In this document: in pieces, positions 26,664 to 40,804 of the stretch | Position numbering within the stretch: the first letter of the stretch is position 1 | Layout of the letters: each line of letters starts with the position of its first letter | Source: Octopus vulgaris | Taxonomy: Eukaryota | Assembly: GCA_951406725.2 (NCBI GenBank) | Contig: OX597836.1 | Span: 49,972,001-50,036,000 of the forward strand | Reading direction: 5' to 3' | Length of the DNA: 64,000 bases | Translations under genes and position numbers: made by a program | Notes under the pieces: generated by a model | What the model was told of the DNA's origin: nothing | Database searches by the model: none | The model's input: the letters and a program-made list of their open reading frames with translations, nothing else

Positions 26664-26735
26664 CACCACCACTGTTGGCTGATCTTATTATGTTGCCAGC
26701 AACTGGCTTCTCTCAACATTCCCTCCTCTCTTTCC

Positions 26736-26799
<64 letters not shown>

Positions 26800-28712
26800 C
26801 TATCTCTTTTTCTGGTCCAAGGCTGATCAGCAGAGACCTCTGGTCAATTTGGTCAATTCTGTGCTGAATAAATAAACGATTAAGACAACAGGACCTCAGT
26901 GTTCTATGTCAGACACCTCAGCCTTCATGTTCCTCCTCTGTCATGCATCTGCAGGCCTGGGTGCACGGCAAAAGTTGAGCGAGCACGGAGAACTCACCCA
27001 TTTCACCTGGTTCAAACAAATTCTGTTTTGTTGATGTTTTTTGTCGTTTTTTTTAAACATTTTAAGCAAAAAAATTATCATTATTATTATATATTTTTTA
27101 TTTGTACTTTTTTTAAAAAAAAAACAAGATTTTTTGTTTTGTTTTTAAACTCAATCCCTGAACCAGCCGCAATGGAAGAAACGACAGGTGTTACATTTGG
27201 CAGCAGCCCTTCACCTCCACCCACCTGGATCCACTTGACCATTTTTTAAAGCTGACCAGTACAGCACAACATTAGATGCTCAGAAATCTGCAATGGTGCT
27301 GCTGTAGCTTGGCCTCATGCTGTCTTGTGTGTCGGTGGATGGCTGGGTGGCTGGGTGGCTGGCTGGCTGGGTGGCTGATTTTATTAAACTGAACTTATTT
27401 CTGATGAACTGGAGAAAGAATGGTTGTTGTTTCCAGCCAGCCATTCATGAGAGATTGACATTGTCCATCCCAATTTAGTCCTCCATCTCACCGCTGACCC
27501 CCACCCCACTCAAACTCCACTGCCTCTTTACCGTTTCTTGTGTCTCCGAAAGACATCTGCATTCGCTAGCAAAATTGACCTGACCTTTAATCTCCTCTAA
27601 TCCAGCCCCAACTTCCTATTCCAAATCCAGACTCAGCTCAGCTTGATAAGTCAGTGTGGTGTCACTGAGGTGCATCTGTCAGTGTGCAAAGGGTCAGCAT
27701 GCACCAACACCCATCCACCAACCCACAGCCACCCACATCCTTTCTTTCCGTTTCTACCACAGAGAGAAGACACTTGTTGTTCACATATGTTGATGTGTGT
27801 GTGTGATTATACTTGTGTGTATGTATGTGTAATATATGTACATGTATATGTATATATGTGTGTGTATGTGTGTGGGAAAAGCACAGAGAATTGGTCACGT
27901 TGCTCACAGCTGATGTAGATTCAAAAGAACTGAAGGGCAAATTTCAATATTTTGGTGGATGACAAAATGGGTTTGGTTAAAGAACTTATCAAAGATTTCT
28001 ATCAATAATCAACGCTGTTGCCTTGTTTTGCTCCCTGCCAACCTGGAGAGGAATTCCAAACCCTGTCCACCTGGAGAGGAATTTGAAACCCTGTTCACCT
28101 TCTCCATTTCCAGACACATTCCTCTTTGACCAGAATCTGAGTGAAAAAATGGAAAAGTTTGAAAGGATCAGGAGGGGGGAGCAGAATGCATTGTGGGACC
28201 AGGTTAATGATTTGTATGTGTGAATATTTTGGGATATGTTTATCAATAGATATGTCCATAAAAAATGTTTTTCTTTCACTGAATGTGTGTGTGTGTGCAT
28301 GTGTCTACTGAATGCAGGTATACTTGAATGGTTAAGAAGTTTACATTGGAATCATGCAGTCTCTGGTTCGATCCCACTGCATGGACATCATGAGCAAGTG
28401 TCTTTAATCACAGCCTTGGGTTGCCTCCAGTCTTGTGAGTGATATAGGGTGGACAGAAAGTACGTAGAAGGTCATCGGATGGATTACACGTGGCATCCAG
28501 AAGTCCATCCTAGTCACACACCATCAACTATCATGCTGATTCTCCAGGTATCTGTTAATTCAATGAATAAGCTGTTCCAGTTGATTGAACAATTGTAATA
28601 CCTGTCATTGAAGCTGATGGGAATCCAGTAACTACTCTATGTATGTATAAAGGGTGTGCTTTGTGTACAGGTATGTGTACATAAATGTTCATATGTACGT
28701 ATATATCCTAAC

Positions 28713-28749
<37 letters not shown>

Positions 28750-28774
28750 CTGTGTGCATGTATAGGTGTGTGTG

Positions 28775-28821
<47 letters not shown>

Positions 28822-29014
28822 TAAAATGGTCTGGGATGTGTATGCATGTGTATATATAATTGTGTGTGTGTGTGTGTGGCTTACATATATATAATGCATT
28901 GAAATATGTGTGTGTATATAAGTATATAGCTAATAAGCTGATGTATACTCTGCATGTCAATATTACAAAGGGGAGTGGATATGCACACACACACACACAC
29001 ACATATATACATAA

Positions 29015-29061
<47 letters not shown>

Positions 29062-29572
29062 TATCTATGCTTTTAGAGGAGTGAATTCAGGTGTATTTCT
29101 TATGAGGTGTTGTTAGGTGACAGGTTCTTTGTACCAAATATTTTATCTACCTGTTCCTCTAAGCTCCTTTTCCTCCAGGTGCTTCATTACAATTATACTT
29201 CCTTTTACCTGTCTAACATTGATTAAATACGTTCTTCATCAAGCTAAGCGCTAGGAAACGGCAGAATTAATTGTCCCTTCTGTTTCTTCTTCTGCTACTC
29301 ATTTCTGACCTTATCCTCAAGTTAGCAATCTTTATTGTCATGGGGGGCAAGAAAGTTAATTGAATTGACTTCAGTGTATTACTGGTACATTTTTTTTATC
29401 TGCCGCACCCACTGCTACCTAATGGATTAAAGACCAAATTCAACCCTAACTGGATTTGACCTCTAAACAGAATGCGCTGCACCTAAATACAGTCTGCTAT
29501 ATAAGGTATACACACTATATGCCTGGTGTATTGTGTGGATGTAGTATATCATCATCATCATCATCATCATTA

Positions 29573-30020
29573 TGGTGGTAGGCTTACAGAATTGTTAGCA
29601 GTCTGGGCAGAATGCTTAGCGTCACTTCATCCATTTTTATGTTTTGAGTTCAAATTCTACTGTGGTTGACTTTGTTTTTCACCCTTTTGGGGTCAATAAA
29701 ATAAAGGACCAGCTTAAGTTCCGCAGTCAATTTAATCGGCTGACTCACCCCACCCAAACTCTTGGCCTTGTGCCTTCGTAAGGAATTTTGGGCTATGGAT
29801 TGACAGAATCTTTGGACCTTTGGACAAAATTCTTTACTGTATTTGTTTTAGTTCTTAATGTTCTGAGTTCAAATCCCATTGCAGCTAACTTTGCCTTTCT
29901 CCCTCCTGGGGTGGGGTAGAGGTTGGATAAAATAAATACCATTCAAAGACTTGGGGGGTCAGTTGAATTGACAGACTCTTCCCCCCCTCCCATAGATCTG
30001 GTCTTACGTCTGCCTATGTT
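29573..30020 (+). mobile_element. two degraded family A SINEs
   Basis: GAGTTCAAAT..ACTTTG..CCTTTTGGGGTCAATAAA; CpGs mostly decayed. Confidence 0.7.
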
Positions 30021-31055
30021 GGACAGAATTGTTGTTGTTGTTATATAGTTAATGGATGGCTGGATTAATTGAGCAGCAGACTAGATAAGAGTCCTCTTGC
30101 AAGAGTCTAGTTCCGTACAATTACTGCCAAAGTCTCCACTTCTGTGTTTTGTATGAGTGGATGAGCAGTGTCATACCAGTGAAATACTGGGGGTGTCGAT
30201 TTAATTGACTGTACTCTCATCTCACCTCTTTCAAAATTTGTGGTTTTGTGCCTCTCTTAAAAATCATCACCATCATTATTATTATTATCATTTCAAGGGC
30301 CGTGACTTGACAGAATTGTCCCCATGGCAGACACTGTGATGACATTTCTTTTTCTTCTTTACATTCTGCAATTGAAATGCTGCCAAGGTGGACTTTGCCC
30401 TTTCATCTTTTCAAGGTTGATATAATATATTCCAGTCGAGTGCTGGGGTCAGTGAATTCGACTTCATTCCCCCCTCAAACATTATATCCATGATGATGAT
30501 GAAGAGGACCACATTCCTGTCTCCAACCTTTAGTGTCGTTACCATCTTAGATTCAAATCTCTTCCTTCCATCCCTCTCTCTACTGGCACACACACACACA
30601 CACAAATGCGGACCTGTTACTACTCCAATGCCAGTTAGGCAACATCCTCAGGAAATATCAATTATGACAACACTCTCTCTCTCTCTCTGCCCTCCCAGAA
30701 AAAAATAGTAAAGTGTAAAAACCAAAATAAATAAAAAAAATAAAATATAAGGAAAAAGGTGTATAAAGAAACATTTTGCCCCATGGTGGGATAATAGCAA
30801 AGGACAAAAAAAAAGATGATACATCTAGAAACATTTGAAATTAAATAACTAAGTATATGTATGTATATCATATATATATATATATATATATATCATCATC
30901 ACGGACGTTAAACGATGATGATGATATATATATATATATACATACACAATATATATATATATATATATATACAATATATATATATATATACATACGCAAT
31001 ATATATATATACACACAATATTTATACATCCAATATATATACATACAATATATGT

Positions 31056-31093
<38 letters not shown>

Positions 31094-31537
31094 ATATATA
31101 TATACAATGTATATATACACAGACTATATATATATACACTATATATATACACAAATATATATATATATATGTACAATATATATATATATGCAATATATAT
31201 ATATGTACAATATATATTTATATATCATATATATACACATTTAACTGAATAAATGTTGCTTTTATTTATTTTTTTACACATTATTTTATTTTATTTTAAT
31301 CTTTTATTATTCATTTCTGTATATATTTTCAATGAAAACCAAAAAAGGAAAAACAAAACAAAAGGAAAACATGAAAGCCCTCTCCTCCTCCTTATTTTAG
31401 ACACAAATTGAAAATTAAAATTTTTGTTAATTGTTAATTTTTTTTAACTGTTCATGTCTTTTATATTTATTTATTGGTTTTTAAATAAAATTCTGAAAGC
31501 CTCCTCGCATTCGAAGCCCCTACCTTTCTCTCCCCTA

Positions 31538-31600
<63 letters not shown>

Positions 31601-32019
31601 CTTTCAAACTCTTTCTTTCACTCTTTCATACTCTTGTTTTCTGTCACCCTCTTTCTCTCTCTCTCTCTCACTCTTTCAATTTCTCCCTCCTCTTTCTCTC
31701 TTATATCTCTTCTTCTTCCCCCCCCTCCACCTTTCCATCGATTTTCTGTATATTTTAAATGCAAGTCCCAGTTTTTATTTTTTTACAGTTGTTATTTCAA
31801 GACATATAAAGTTATTTTGCTGATAAACCTTGCATTTCATGTTCGGAGTTGGGGTTTTTATTATTCAATTACAAATTGTCTGTATGTAAATTCATCTACA
31901 TCTTCCATTTGAGAAAATAAACTGATATAATATTGAAGAAAATTCAAAAGAAATAATGTTTTTAAATTTTTTTAAAGACTTTTTTTTTTTTTTAAAGTCA
32001 AAAAAATAATTGCAAACCT

Positions 32020-32322
32020 ATAATTTGAGGTTCAGTTCCAGTGCCCGGTACCTCGAGCAAGTGTCTTCTGCTGTGGCTCTGGGCCAAACAGTCTCTTGTG
32101 GGTGAATTCGGTTGTGTCGCGTGTGTGTGTTTGTCTCCATCACTGCTCGGCAACCGGTATTGGTTTGTTTATGTCTGTGACTTAGCAGTTTGGTAAAAGA
32201 CACTGAGAAAATAAGTCTCACACTTAAAAGAAATAAGTACTGGGGTCTGTTTGACTAAACTCCTCAAGGCAGTACTCCAGCTTGGCCACGGTCCAATGCC
32301 TAAAACATGTGAAAGATAAAAG
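32020..32322 (+). mobile_element. family B SINE
   Basis: GGTTCAGTTCCA..GCAAGTGTCTTCT..AAATAAGTACTGGGGTC. Confidence 0.7.
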
Positions 32323-32987
32323 CTAGTCTGCTTTCTTCTATTGTTTGTTTGAAATGGTTCCCATCTCTGACTGAATGAACTTCATGAATATTTTTTTAAT
32401 GAATAGCCTCTTCATTGTCAGGTCTACTTGGTTCATTACTTCTGTCTACATTTCGTTTGGTCTCATCTCAGACCATCAGCAGCTGCCTGGCTCTTAACTC
32501 TTCTTAAACACCACCAGGCTGGCTGTTTTCATTTAAGCATCTTCATTTCTAAACAAACTGTCCTAATGTCCTTGTCCACTTGGCCAATCTTTCTCAAACA
32601 TCTGGCTACTTTGAAGGTTGAAAAGCTGACAGACAACTTGACACGTTTAATTAAAAGTAGATGGATTTAAACTTTATTTAAACTTGTCCAACAACCTGGC
32701 AGAAGAAAAAAATAAAAAGAATTCTGTGAAAGTAAACTCTATTTGTTAGAGTTTATATTTGACTGTTTGAGTTCTGCTATTTTAAGTCAGTAACAAATGA
32801 TAACCTTTTAGATTAGGGACAAAGTTTGAATTGAAATTTTGTATGATATTTATTAAGCCTTGGGAAAGGCCGTGAGTGCATCAGACAAAACGCTTAGAGA
32901 TAGGAACTGAATTCAGGATAAGAGAGCTGAAGCAGATACAGAATGGCTTTGGCAATTCTGCCTGCTCGTCACCTGGCCATTACTAAT

Positions 32988-33195
32988 TCTTTCTACCCTG
33001 AGAACAAAGCCTGGAAATCTTGTGGGGTGGGAAAGGGGTAAGCCAATTACATTGACCCCAGTACTTGGTCCTTATTTTATCAACCCTGGAAGGACGAAAG
33101 GCAAATTCGACTCTGCCAGAATTTGAACTCAGAGCATGAAGCTGGATTTGATGTCACTAGGCATTTTGTGTGGCGTGTTAATGATTCTGCCTTAA
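32988..33195 (-). mobile_element. family A SINE
   Basis: GACCCCAGTACTTGG..GAAAGGCAAATTCGAC..ATTTGAACTCAGA. Confidence 0.7.
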
Positions 33196-35419
33196 ATTTT
33201 GGTACAGTACCAGTAATTTTACTGGGTGTTTGTCAATTAAATCGACTCCAGTATATGACTAGTACCTGGTGGGATTTGAACTTAGCACACAACTAGAAGA
33301 AATGCTATAAAGCACTTTGTCCAATGCATTTGATAATTTTTGTAACTTTGGCTAAAAGACCAAATATGGAGAGGACGGCTGATCAGATTACCACTCTCCA
33401 CACATTCACATCCACATAAATCAGTTTTTGGGTCCTGATTGTTCTATGGTGATGGTCGCCGTAGACAGGCATGAAAGTTAAACGCATCCCAACCACTGCA
33501 GGGTTTGAAGTGGGATTGTAAAGGAAGATAACTACATACAAAATATTCTGACACTGATTGTCTCCCCATTCCAAGCTATAATAATAAATGTGAAATTCTG
33601 TCTGTCCGGGACTCCAGTATCTCCGTCTACATTCGTTTGACATTTTATACCTTTTTGGAATCAAGACGAACCTGGGATTGAAAATCTGGCCTTCATTTGG
33701 TTCTTGAACATCCAGCATTGGGATCAGGTCTGGATGAGAATTGGTTAGATGCTAACAGTTGAAAATTTAAATTTTAAAAGAACTGCAAAAATTTATGAAC
33801 TTAAAATTTTTTCATTTAAACTGAATTTAGAGTAATACCATGTTGGTAGGATACCAATAAATGCTTTATTATTACTGTTGTCTTAAGTTTTGTGCCTCAG
33901 GCCCAATCAGCCCTCTACAGGAGCCAGCATAAAAGCTCGCATAGAGTGCGGCTTTGAAGTGAGTAACTGACACTACTAACTTACCTGACCAATAATACTC
34001 CAGTGTTTTATAAATGTTCTCTCCATTTCAATGCATAAATTTATTGAAGATCTTTGTTTCATTTTGTTAACAATTTTCATTCAACCCTCATTGAACCGTT
34101 CAGCTGTAACCAGCAACTACATTCTCAAATACTTAATCAGGCTTTGAAGGCTGTAATATATCAAGCTTTGGCTTCTATCTCTTGCAGTTTGGTCATTTAG
34201 AGGTCTGTTGTTTACCCAGATAAAAATTTCTAGCGAGAACTTGGTACGTTTGTGGAGAAAAAAATTGATTGTAGAGAGTGGCAGGTTCAATGGTTTCATT
34301 GTATATGAGGAATATTATTGCCCAGGATGAGACCACTGGCTACTTAGAGGGCTTGAACTGTTGCCCTTCATCAGCCATGGGTTGGAGATTGCAATGGTTT
34401 CAACACTTTTCTATTGTTGTTTCCTGCAGAATTGAGCATCATTGATGTTTCCGGGGATTATCCGGCCCACACAGTAACATGCCTATGTTTTTCTTTTAGT
34501 TATCCATGTAGCCTCCACACCAAACTGGATGACACAAATGGAACCAGTCTGACCATGCTGCAGCAACTGTTTTGCTTGATTGTTTAGCATTTGTTTCTTG
34601 ACTCTCAGCTTTGCCTCTTTACTCACAAAGTCTCTGTCATATCCACAATGAAACATTCTCTCTTTCCCTTTTTCTAATCCAATGCTCTGTTGTCATCAGG
34701 TAAGTGTAATGCCAGCCAGGTGATACATTATGGATCTGCTACAAACCCATGCCAGCTCATTTCTACTGGAACCACCATCCTTGTGCCTACACCAAATACA
34801 TTTCAACTGGTTGTCCTCAGTTGTTCTAGCTGTTGCGTTTTGGCCAATGTATGCTCTGACCGTCTTTTGGTGCTTGCTGTATTTTGTAATATTCTTAAAA
34901 TTTTGAATCAAATCCTTTATTTAATCCATAGCAGTTGATTGTTACCATTCTGTTGTCCAAACTAGCTATAGTCCTATATTACTCCTGTATTATTTCATGG
35001 TATATAAAATGCACTTTTTACTAAAAATAAAAGAAAAACCTCAGAACATTATCCTGGGCCACCCCGAATCTAATTTTATCCCCCATTGCTCATTAACTTT
35101 ATTCCAGATGCTCTCTTCTACCTAACCCGACTCCATAAAGGTAATATTTACTTAAGCATTATTATTTCGCATAAAAATGTTTCTTGCTGTCTCCTGCTGC
35201 ATCTAAATTATTTTTCTTGTTTTGTAATTTACTGCCAAATTGTTTTCAATATTAAATGTTTTAAAGCATTTTCCCCCGAAATATGAGCATCTGAAATCAA
35301 GATACATCGAACGTACCTGTGTGTCTTTTTATGTCATCAAATATGGTAATTATTCTCCTAATTGTGACACTGCTTGCTTGTTCCACTTGAACCTCTGTGT
35401 GTCTGTGTGTGTGTGTTGT

Positions 35420-35860
35420 GTTCCCAATATGGTTCTGGGTTCAGACCCACTGCATAGCACCTTCAGCAAGTGTCTTTTACTATATTCTTGGGTCAATCAG
35501 AACCTTGTGAGTGGATTTGGCAGATAGAAACTGAAAGAACCTTATTGAGTGTGTATGTATATATATATATATATATACATGTATATATATATATATATAT
35601 ACATGTGTATATATATATATATATGTACATTTGTGTGTGTTTGTGTGTGTGCCTTTGTGTCTGTATTTGTCTCTCACCACTGCTTGACAACCAGTGTTTG
35701 TGTCCCTGTAACTTAGCAGTTTGACAAAGGAGACTGATAGAATAAGGACCAGGTTTTACAAGAGAAAATAATAAGTACTGGGATCAATTTGTTGGACTAA
35801 AACTCTTCAAGTTGGTGCCCCAGCATGACCACAGTCTAATGACTGAAACAAGTAAAAGAT
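35420..35860 (+). mobile_element. family B SINE with internal (TA/TG)n
   Basis: GGTTCTGGGTTCAG.CCCACTG..CCTTGTGAGTGGATTTGG.AGA..CAGCATGACCACAGTCTAATGACTGAAACAAG. Confidence 0.8.
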
Positions 35861-35910
35861 ATATATAGACTAATTGACCTAGGGATTGAACTTACACCCT
35901 CCAGGTAATG

Positions 35911-37201
35911 TATGAAGTATGGCTGAAAAGTTCATAGGTTGACAATGAAGGAGTGATGCTAGAGCTGAGAAATCTTGCATGCATTCATTTCAGCTCTTCT
36001 TTTTAATATCTGCATTGTTTCTTTCCAGGTAAACTGACACCTGACGGTTCAAAAAAGACTTCAAAATTAATTAGTACCAACTTCTCTTAAAAATGGACAA
36101 AATTTGGCATCAAGTAGCTGTAGAGAATGGGCTTAAGCCCCTAACGACATGTTGATATGATTGCTACATTAAGGGATGACACTACAGCTTCAGTTTAGCT
36201 CCGAAAGATATCCATGTTGATGTTGTGGCTACACTGGAGGATGACTCTCCAGCTTTATCAACAGTGCAAAATTGGGAAGCTGAATTCAGGAGGCGAAGAG
36301 TAAGTCTTGAGGATGACCCAAGGTTTGGACGTCCTGCAAGTGGCACCGTTGAGAAAAACATTTATCATGTTCACCACATGCTGATGGATGACAGGAGATT
36401 GACTTTAAATCAAAAAAGCCAATGCTGCTAGCATATTCTGCACAATGACAAAGGTTTCTGCTTTGTGGGTGCCATGTTGTGTGACACGAAACCAAAATTG
36501 CACCAGGCTGATCACATCACTGGTAAATCTGACATTGTTTGAGCCAGATCCAGCTGGTTTGCTTGAATGTTTCTTCATTCAGGATGAGTGTTGGCTTCAT
36601 CACTTTGACCCAGAGACAATCCATGCAGTGGAAACACCCCTCCTCACCTGCCCCAAACAAAGCCACGGTCGTTTCATCTGCAGGGAAGGTGATGGCCTCA
36701 GTATTTCGGGGATGCAAAAGGCATTGTGTTTATTGACTATCTTCAAAAACCCAGACCATCAACGGAAAGTCCTATGTCAATTTGCTGGGGGTAGTTTTGG
36801 AAGGCAATCAAGACCAAACACCCAGGAAGACTGACAAAAGGGGTCTTGTTTCATTAGGAAAATGCTCCAGCACACAAGTCCTTGGTTTCAATGGTTGCTG
36901 TGTATAATTGTAGCTTTGAACTCGTTGATCACTGTCCCTAAGTCTCCTTATTTAGCCCCATCTGTCCCTCAACATGAAAAAAGCACTTTGCAGTGATGAT
37001 GACATCATGTCTGCAGTTGATGACTTTTTTTTTTAACCAACAGGATAGAAAGCTTCTTCACCAATGGGATCCAAGCACTGCAACACCAATGGAAGAAGTG
37101 TGTGGATCGTAAGAGGGATTGTGTTGAAAAATAAACTCCATTCGGCCACGTTCCATGAGGGTGTCTTGGTCAGCCTTTGAACTTTTTAGCTGACCCTTTT
37201 A
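35911..37201 (+). mobile_element. full-length degenerate mariner transposon
   Basis: ~1.29 kb; imperfect TIRs (TATGAAGTATGGCTGAAAAGTTCATAGGTTGAC and GGTCAGCCTTTGAACTTTTTAGC..TA); transposase motifs LEDDPRFGRP, KVSALWVP, DECWLHHFDPET, QSMQWKH and AGKVMASVF, with frameshifts. Confidence 0.92.
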
Positions 37202-37314
37202 CAACTCATTAGCATTTCCCTTCACCTACCTGTTAATCGTTTAATCTCTATTTCTTGGTCTCACAGGAGAACCTGTCCTAGAAATCATAAACTTTAAACC
37301 TAACTTGTATTTTC

Positions 37315-37660
37315 TTATTTCATTTCAGTCATTGAACAAACTCCCATGCTGGAGCACCGCCCTGAAGACTGGTAGAATAAGGACCAGGTTTTACAAGAGA
37401 AAATAATAAGGACTGGGATCAATTTGTTGGACTAAAACTCTTCAAGTTGGTTCCCCAGCATGACCAAACAAATTGGGATCCCAGTACTTATTCCATGTTA
37501 CAAGGATGTAAACAAACCAACACTGATTGTCAAGTGGTGGTGGTGGTGGCTTCCACACAGTTTTCATTTCTCACATTCAATAACAAAGGATTGGTTGGCC
37601 CAAGGTTATAGTAGAAGATAAAGGTGCCATGCCTTGGGACTGAACTTGAAACCACACGAC
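37315..37660 (-). mobile_element. family B SINE interrupted by an oppositely oriented 101-bp insert
   Basis: TTTCAGTCATTG..CATGCTGGAGCACCGCC [37366-37466 insert] ..CCCAGTACTTATT..AAGGTGCCATGC..TGGGACTGAAC. Confidence 0.75.
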
Positions 37661-37924
37661 CACATTGTTGCTTTCTTTCTTTCTTGAACCCTAGGGTTTG
37701 GTATTTGTTGCTATTTCTAGCATCTTATCCTCCAGAAAGAGATTATCTCTCATCGGTTTCAAGTGACACAAACTGGAGATTAGTAGCAAACCACAAGGTT
37801 TGTTGTGTTTCTGAAAAAGATTTCAGCTGAGAGGAAGGAAACATTTTTTTGCCCCGAAGGGAGTTGAAAGTTCATAGGAACCCCTTAGAGCTGCTGAAAT
37901 AGAGAATGAGACTTGGATATTTTG

Positions 37925-38130
37925 GTTTCAAATTTTAGCACAAGTCCTGGGAAGGGGTTTAGTCGATTAGATCGATCCCCACCCCATCAGTACACAACCA
38001 GAGCTTATTTCATTGACTCTGATAGGATGAGAGACAAAGTTGTCCTTGGCTGAATTTGAACTCTGAACGTTTGAGCAGATAAGATACTGCAAAGCACTTT
38101 GCATGCGAATGGTTCTTCCATTCCCTGCTG
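37925..38130 (-). mobile_element. family A SINE (degraded)
   Basis: GGTTTCAAATTTT..AGTCGATTAGATCGA..GGATGAGAG.CAAAGTTG..AATTTGAACTC. Confidence 0.65.
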
Positions 38131-40700
38131 CCACCAGATGATGGTGGTGGTGCTTAATGAAGTCCTTGACGTAGACCCACGAAGGTGGAAATGAAAAAAG
38201 ACCAGTTGTTATCAGCTGGAACGTTGTCCACCTCAGGTCAGCTGGATCATGGACGGCTTTGCTGGGGGAGAGTAAACAAACGGACCACTAAGACAAGAAT
38301 AACAACAACAACAGAAAAGAAAAAATGTCCAAACATCAGACGTTGATCGTTATTTACATTTAATGTCTTGTTTCGATTCGTTTCTGTAAAGAGGAAAAAA
38401 AAAGACAAATAGGAGCGCCCCCCTCCCCCCACCCTCGTGTGGGCGGGGGTGGGTCGTGTCTTATTCTTAGTATTTCTTTTTCCTTTTCTTTACTTAACAT
38501 TTTGTTTCCATTTGTTGTTCTTCTTGATGTTGTGTTTCATGACACAATTAGACATATTCCATGACTTTTGACCCTTTCTGGGGGACGGGGACGACGTAGA
38601 GAGGTCACCTTTTTCCTTATATACCATTGTCTCATCTGGTATTCGGTTCTGTCTGCCACATTTTGGAACTGAATTTGTTCCACTGTGGTGGTGGCCCTTA
38701 CCTTTTACTCCCGTTGATTGCCCTGTGGGGTTTCAGGTAAGAACCCAAAGTGACCCGAGTTTATTAGGGAGAGGGACAAGGGAGAGCACTCTGACAGCAG
38801 ACACTGTCTATGCTTCCCCCCCACCCACTCCCTTTCTCTCATCTCTCCACTGTCCCCAATTTTTTTAAAGGGTTTTCTGGTTGTTTATCATTTTGTATGT
38901 TTTGGTGGTTTCTTTTTTGATTTTTTTTTTCACTTGTTACTGTTTTGAGTTGGTAGATTCAGGAGGTGGCGGTGGCGGCGGCGGTGGTGGTGGTTGTATG
39001 GTGGCGGCGGCGGTGGTGATATGATGGTAGTTGTGGTGGTGGTGGTGGTGGAGGGGGCAATGGTTGCAACACATGCTGGACAAATAATAAATGGCCACCG
39101 GACATATAGATATCCAGATGAATGTTTGTAAATGGCTGTTTGCGACTAACGACTTAACAGTTCCTTAGACTAGAAAACCTTGCAACTGATATAGTTTTGG
39201 GTGCAATAAGACCCTCGTCCTCACCTCAATGCTAAGTGGTCAATATTTGTTGTAAACTTAAGGAACCACCTTCTCTACATCTTTGTGTTTCAAGTGTTTA
39301 TTACCAGATGATAAAATAAATAAACAAAATAAAATGGAGTTCTATTTATCCACTTAATTCGAAGACTCTCCATAATGGTCCTCTCCTATGAAGTTGTCCT
39401 TAACCGACATTACAAGCATTGCTTGAAAACAGTTTTCTATTTCTAAAAGTGTTTAATATTAAAGATTATCTAATTATATTCCTTCATCTAATTTTGCTCT
39501 TTCTAATAACAGAAGAACATTCTCACAGCCAGCTGTTTCATTAAAATAATATTATTTGCAACATCGAGAAAATCTGAAAATAGTTTTGTTGTTGTTGTTG
39601 CTGTTCTTTGGTGCTTAAAAAAACCCCAATCCATTGCCCCCAAGTGGGAACATGTTGGAAAAAAAGGGGACAGAAAGGCTTTTTCTGTTCCCAGTTTGGC
39701 TGAACTCCTAGAATTAAATGCTTAATATTATTTTTATCCATTTCTGTAATGTGACCCTAAAGGGTCATCAACATAATCAACTCATTAGCAATTCAATAAT
39801 TAGTTTTCCTTAAAGTAGAATTAATGAAACCTTAATCTTCTAAGACTAATATATCCTGCCCTTGAGGAAAAAAGGGTTTTGTTCATAACCCCTTTCAGGA
39901 CTCTCATGAAAAAACATTTTGAAAGTTTTATTTTATATTTTTTTCAAACTGTTTAATATTCAGAGATTATTCCTTAAAATAATTTATTTCTGTTTATGGC
40001 CCTTTTTATAAATCTCTTGATCAGTAAAAGATATGAACAGAGATCAAAGATCAATAAATTACTGATTGAAAATAGATCAGTACGGATTATCAGCATCTGA
40101 GATAATCCAAAAACAATGGTTCGAGTGACTGATTATTCCATGCTATAAATCATTAGTCGTGAATTAGTGATAGGAATCAGAAAGCTCACAAAATGATATA
40201 GACATCTGAAACCAATAACCAATCAATCAAATTACTAAATTACATAACTGAGGGACCAGTATTGGGTCCTTAATCAGCCATTCTGTGGGTTCAGTGAGCT
40301 TAGCAGCATGTTTTACGTTTTTATATTCATATACCTCTCTCTCCTCGATCACACCATGTCAAAGGGTATCAGAAGGAGCAGAGATAAAGAAATCCCTTTC
40401 TGTTCCCTGTGGCTGGTCCCACTTCTTCCAAATTACGAGTTCAATTTGTTCGATAATGTACAAGTTGTCTGATAACACAACAGGATTCAGATTTTCGTAG
40501 ATTGTCTCCCTTATCACAGATTGGGGTTCCAGTCGATTTATTTGAGTTTTTTTTACACACACACACACACACATATATTATTTATATTATCTTATATATA
40601 TATATATATATATATGTGTGTATGTGTGTGTATATATATATGTGTGTGTGTATATATATGTATGTGTATATATATATATATGTGTGTATATATATATGTG

Positions 40701-40745
<45 letters not shown>

Positions 40746-40761
40746 GTGTATATATATATGT

Positions 40762-40804
<43 letters not shown>

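Noticed and set aside
30849-31252. YI/CV/HT-rich ORFs here and at ~28.6, 40.5, 42.4, 50.0 and 63.3 kb
   Set aside because: These are translations of (TA)n, (TG)n and (CA)n microsatellites.
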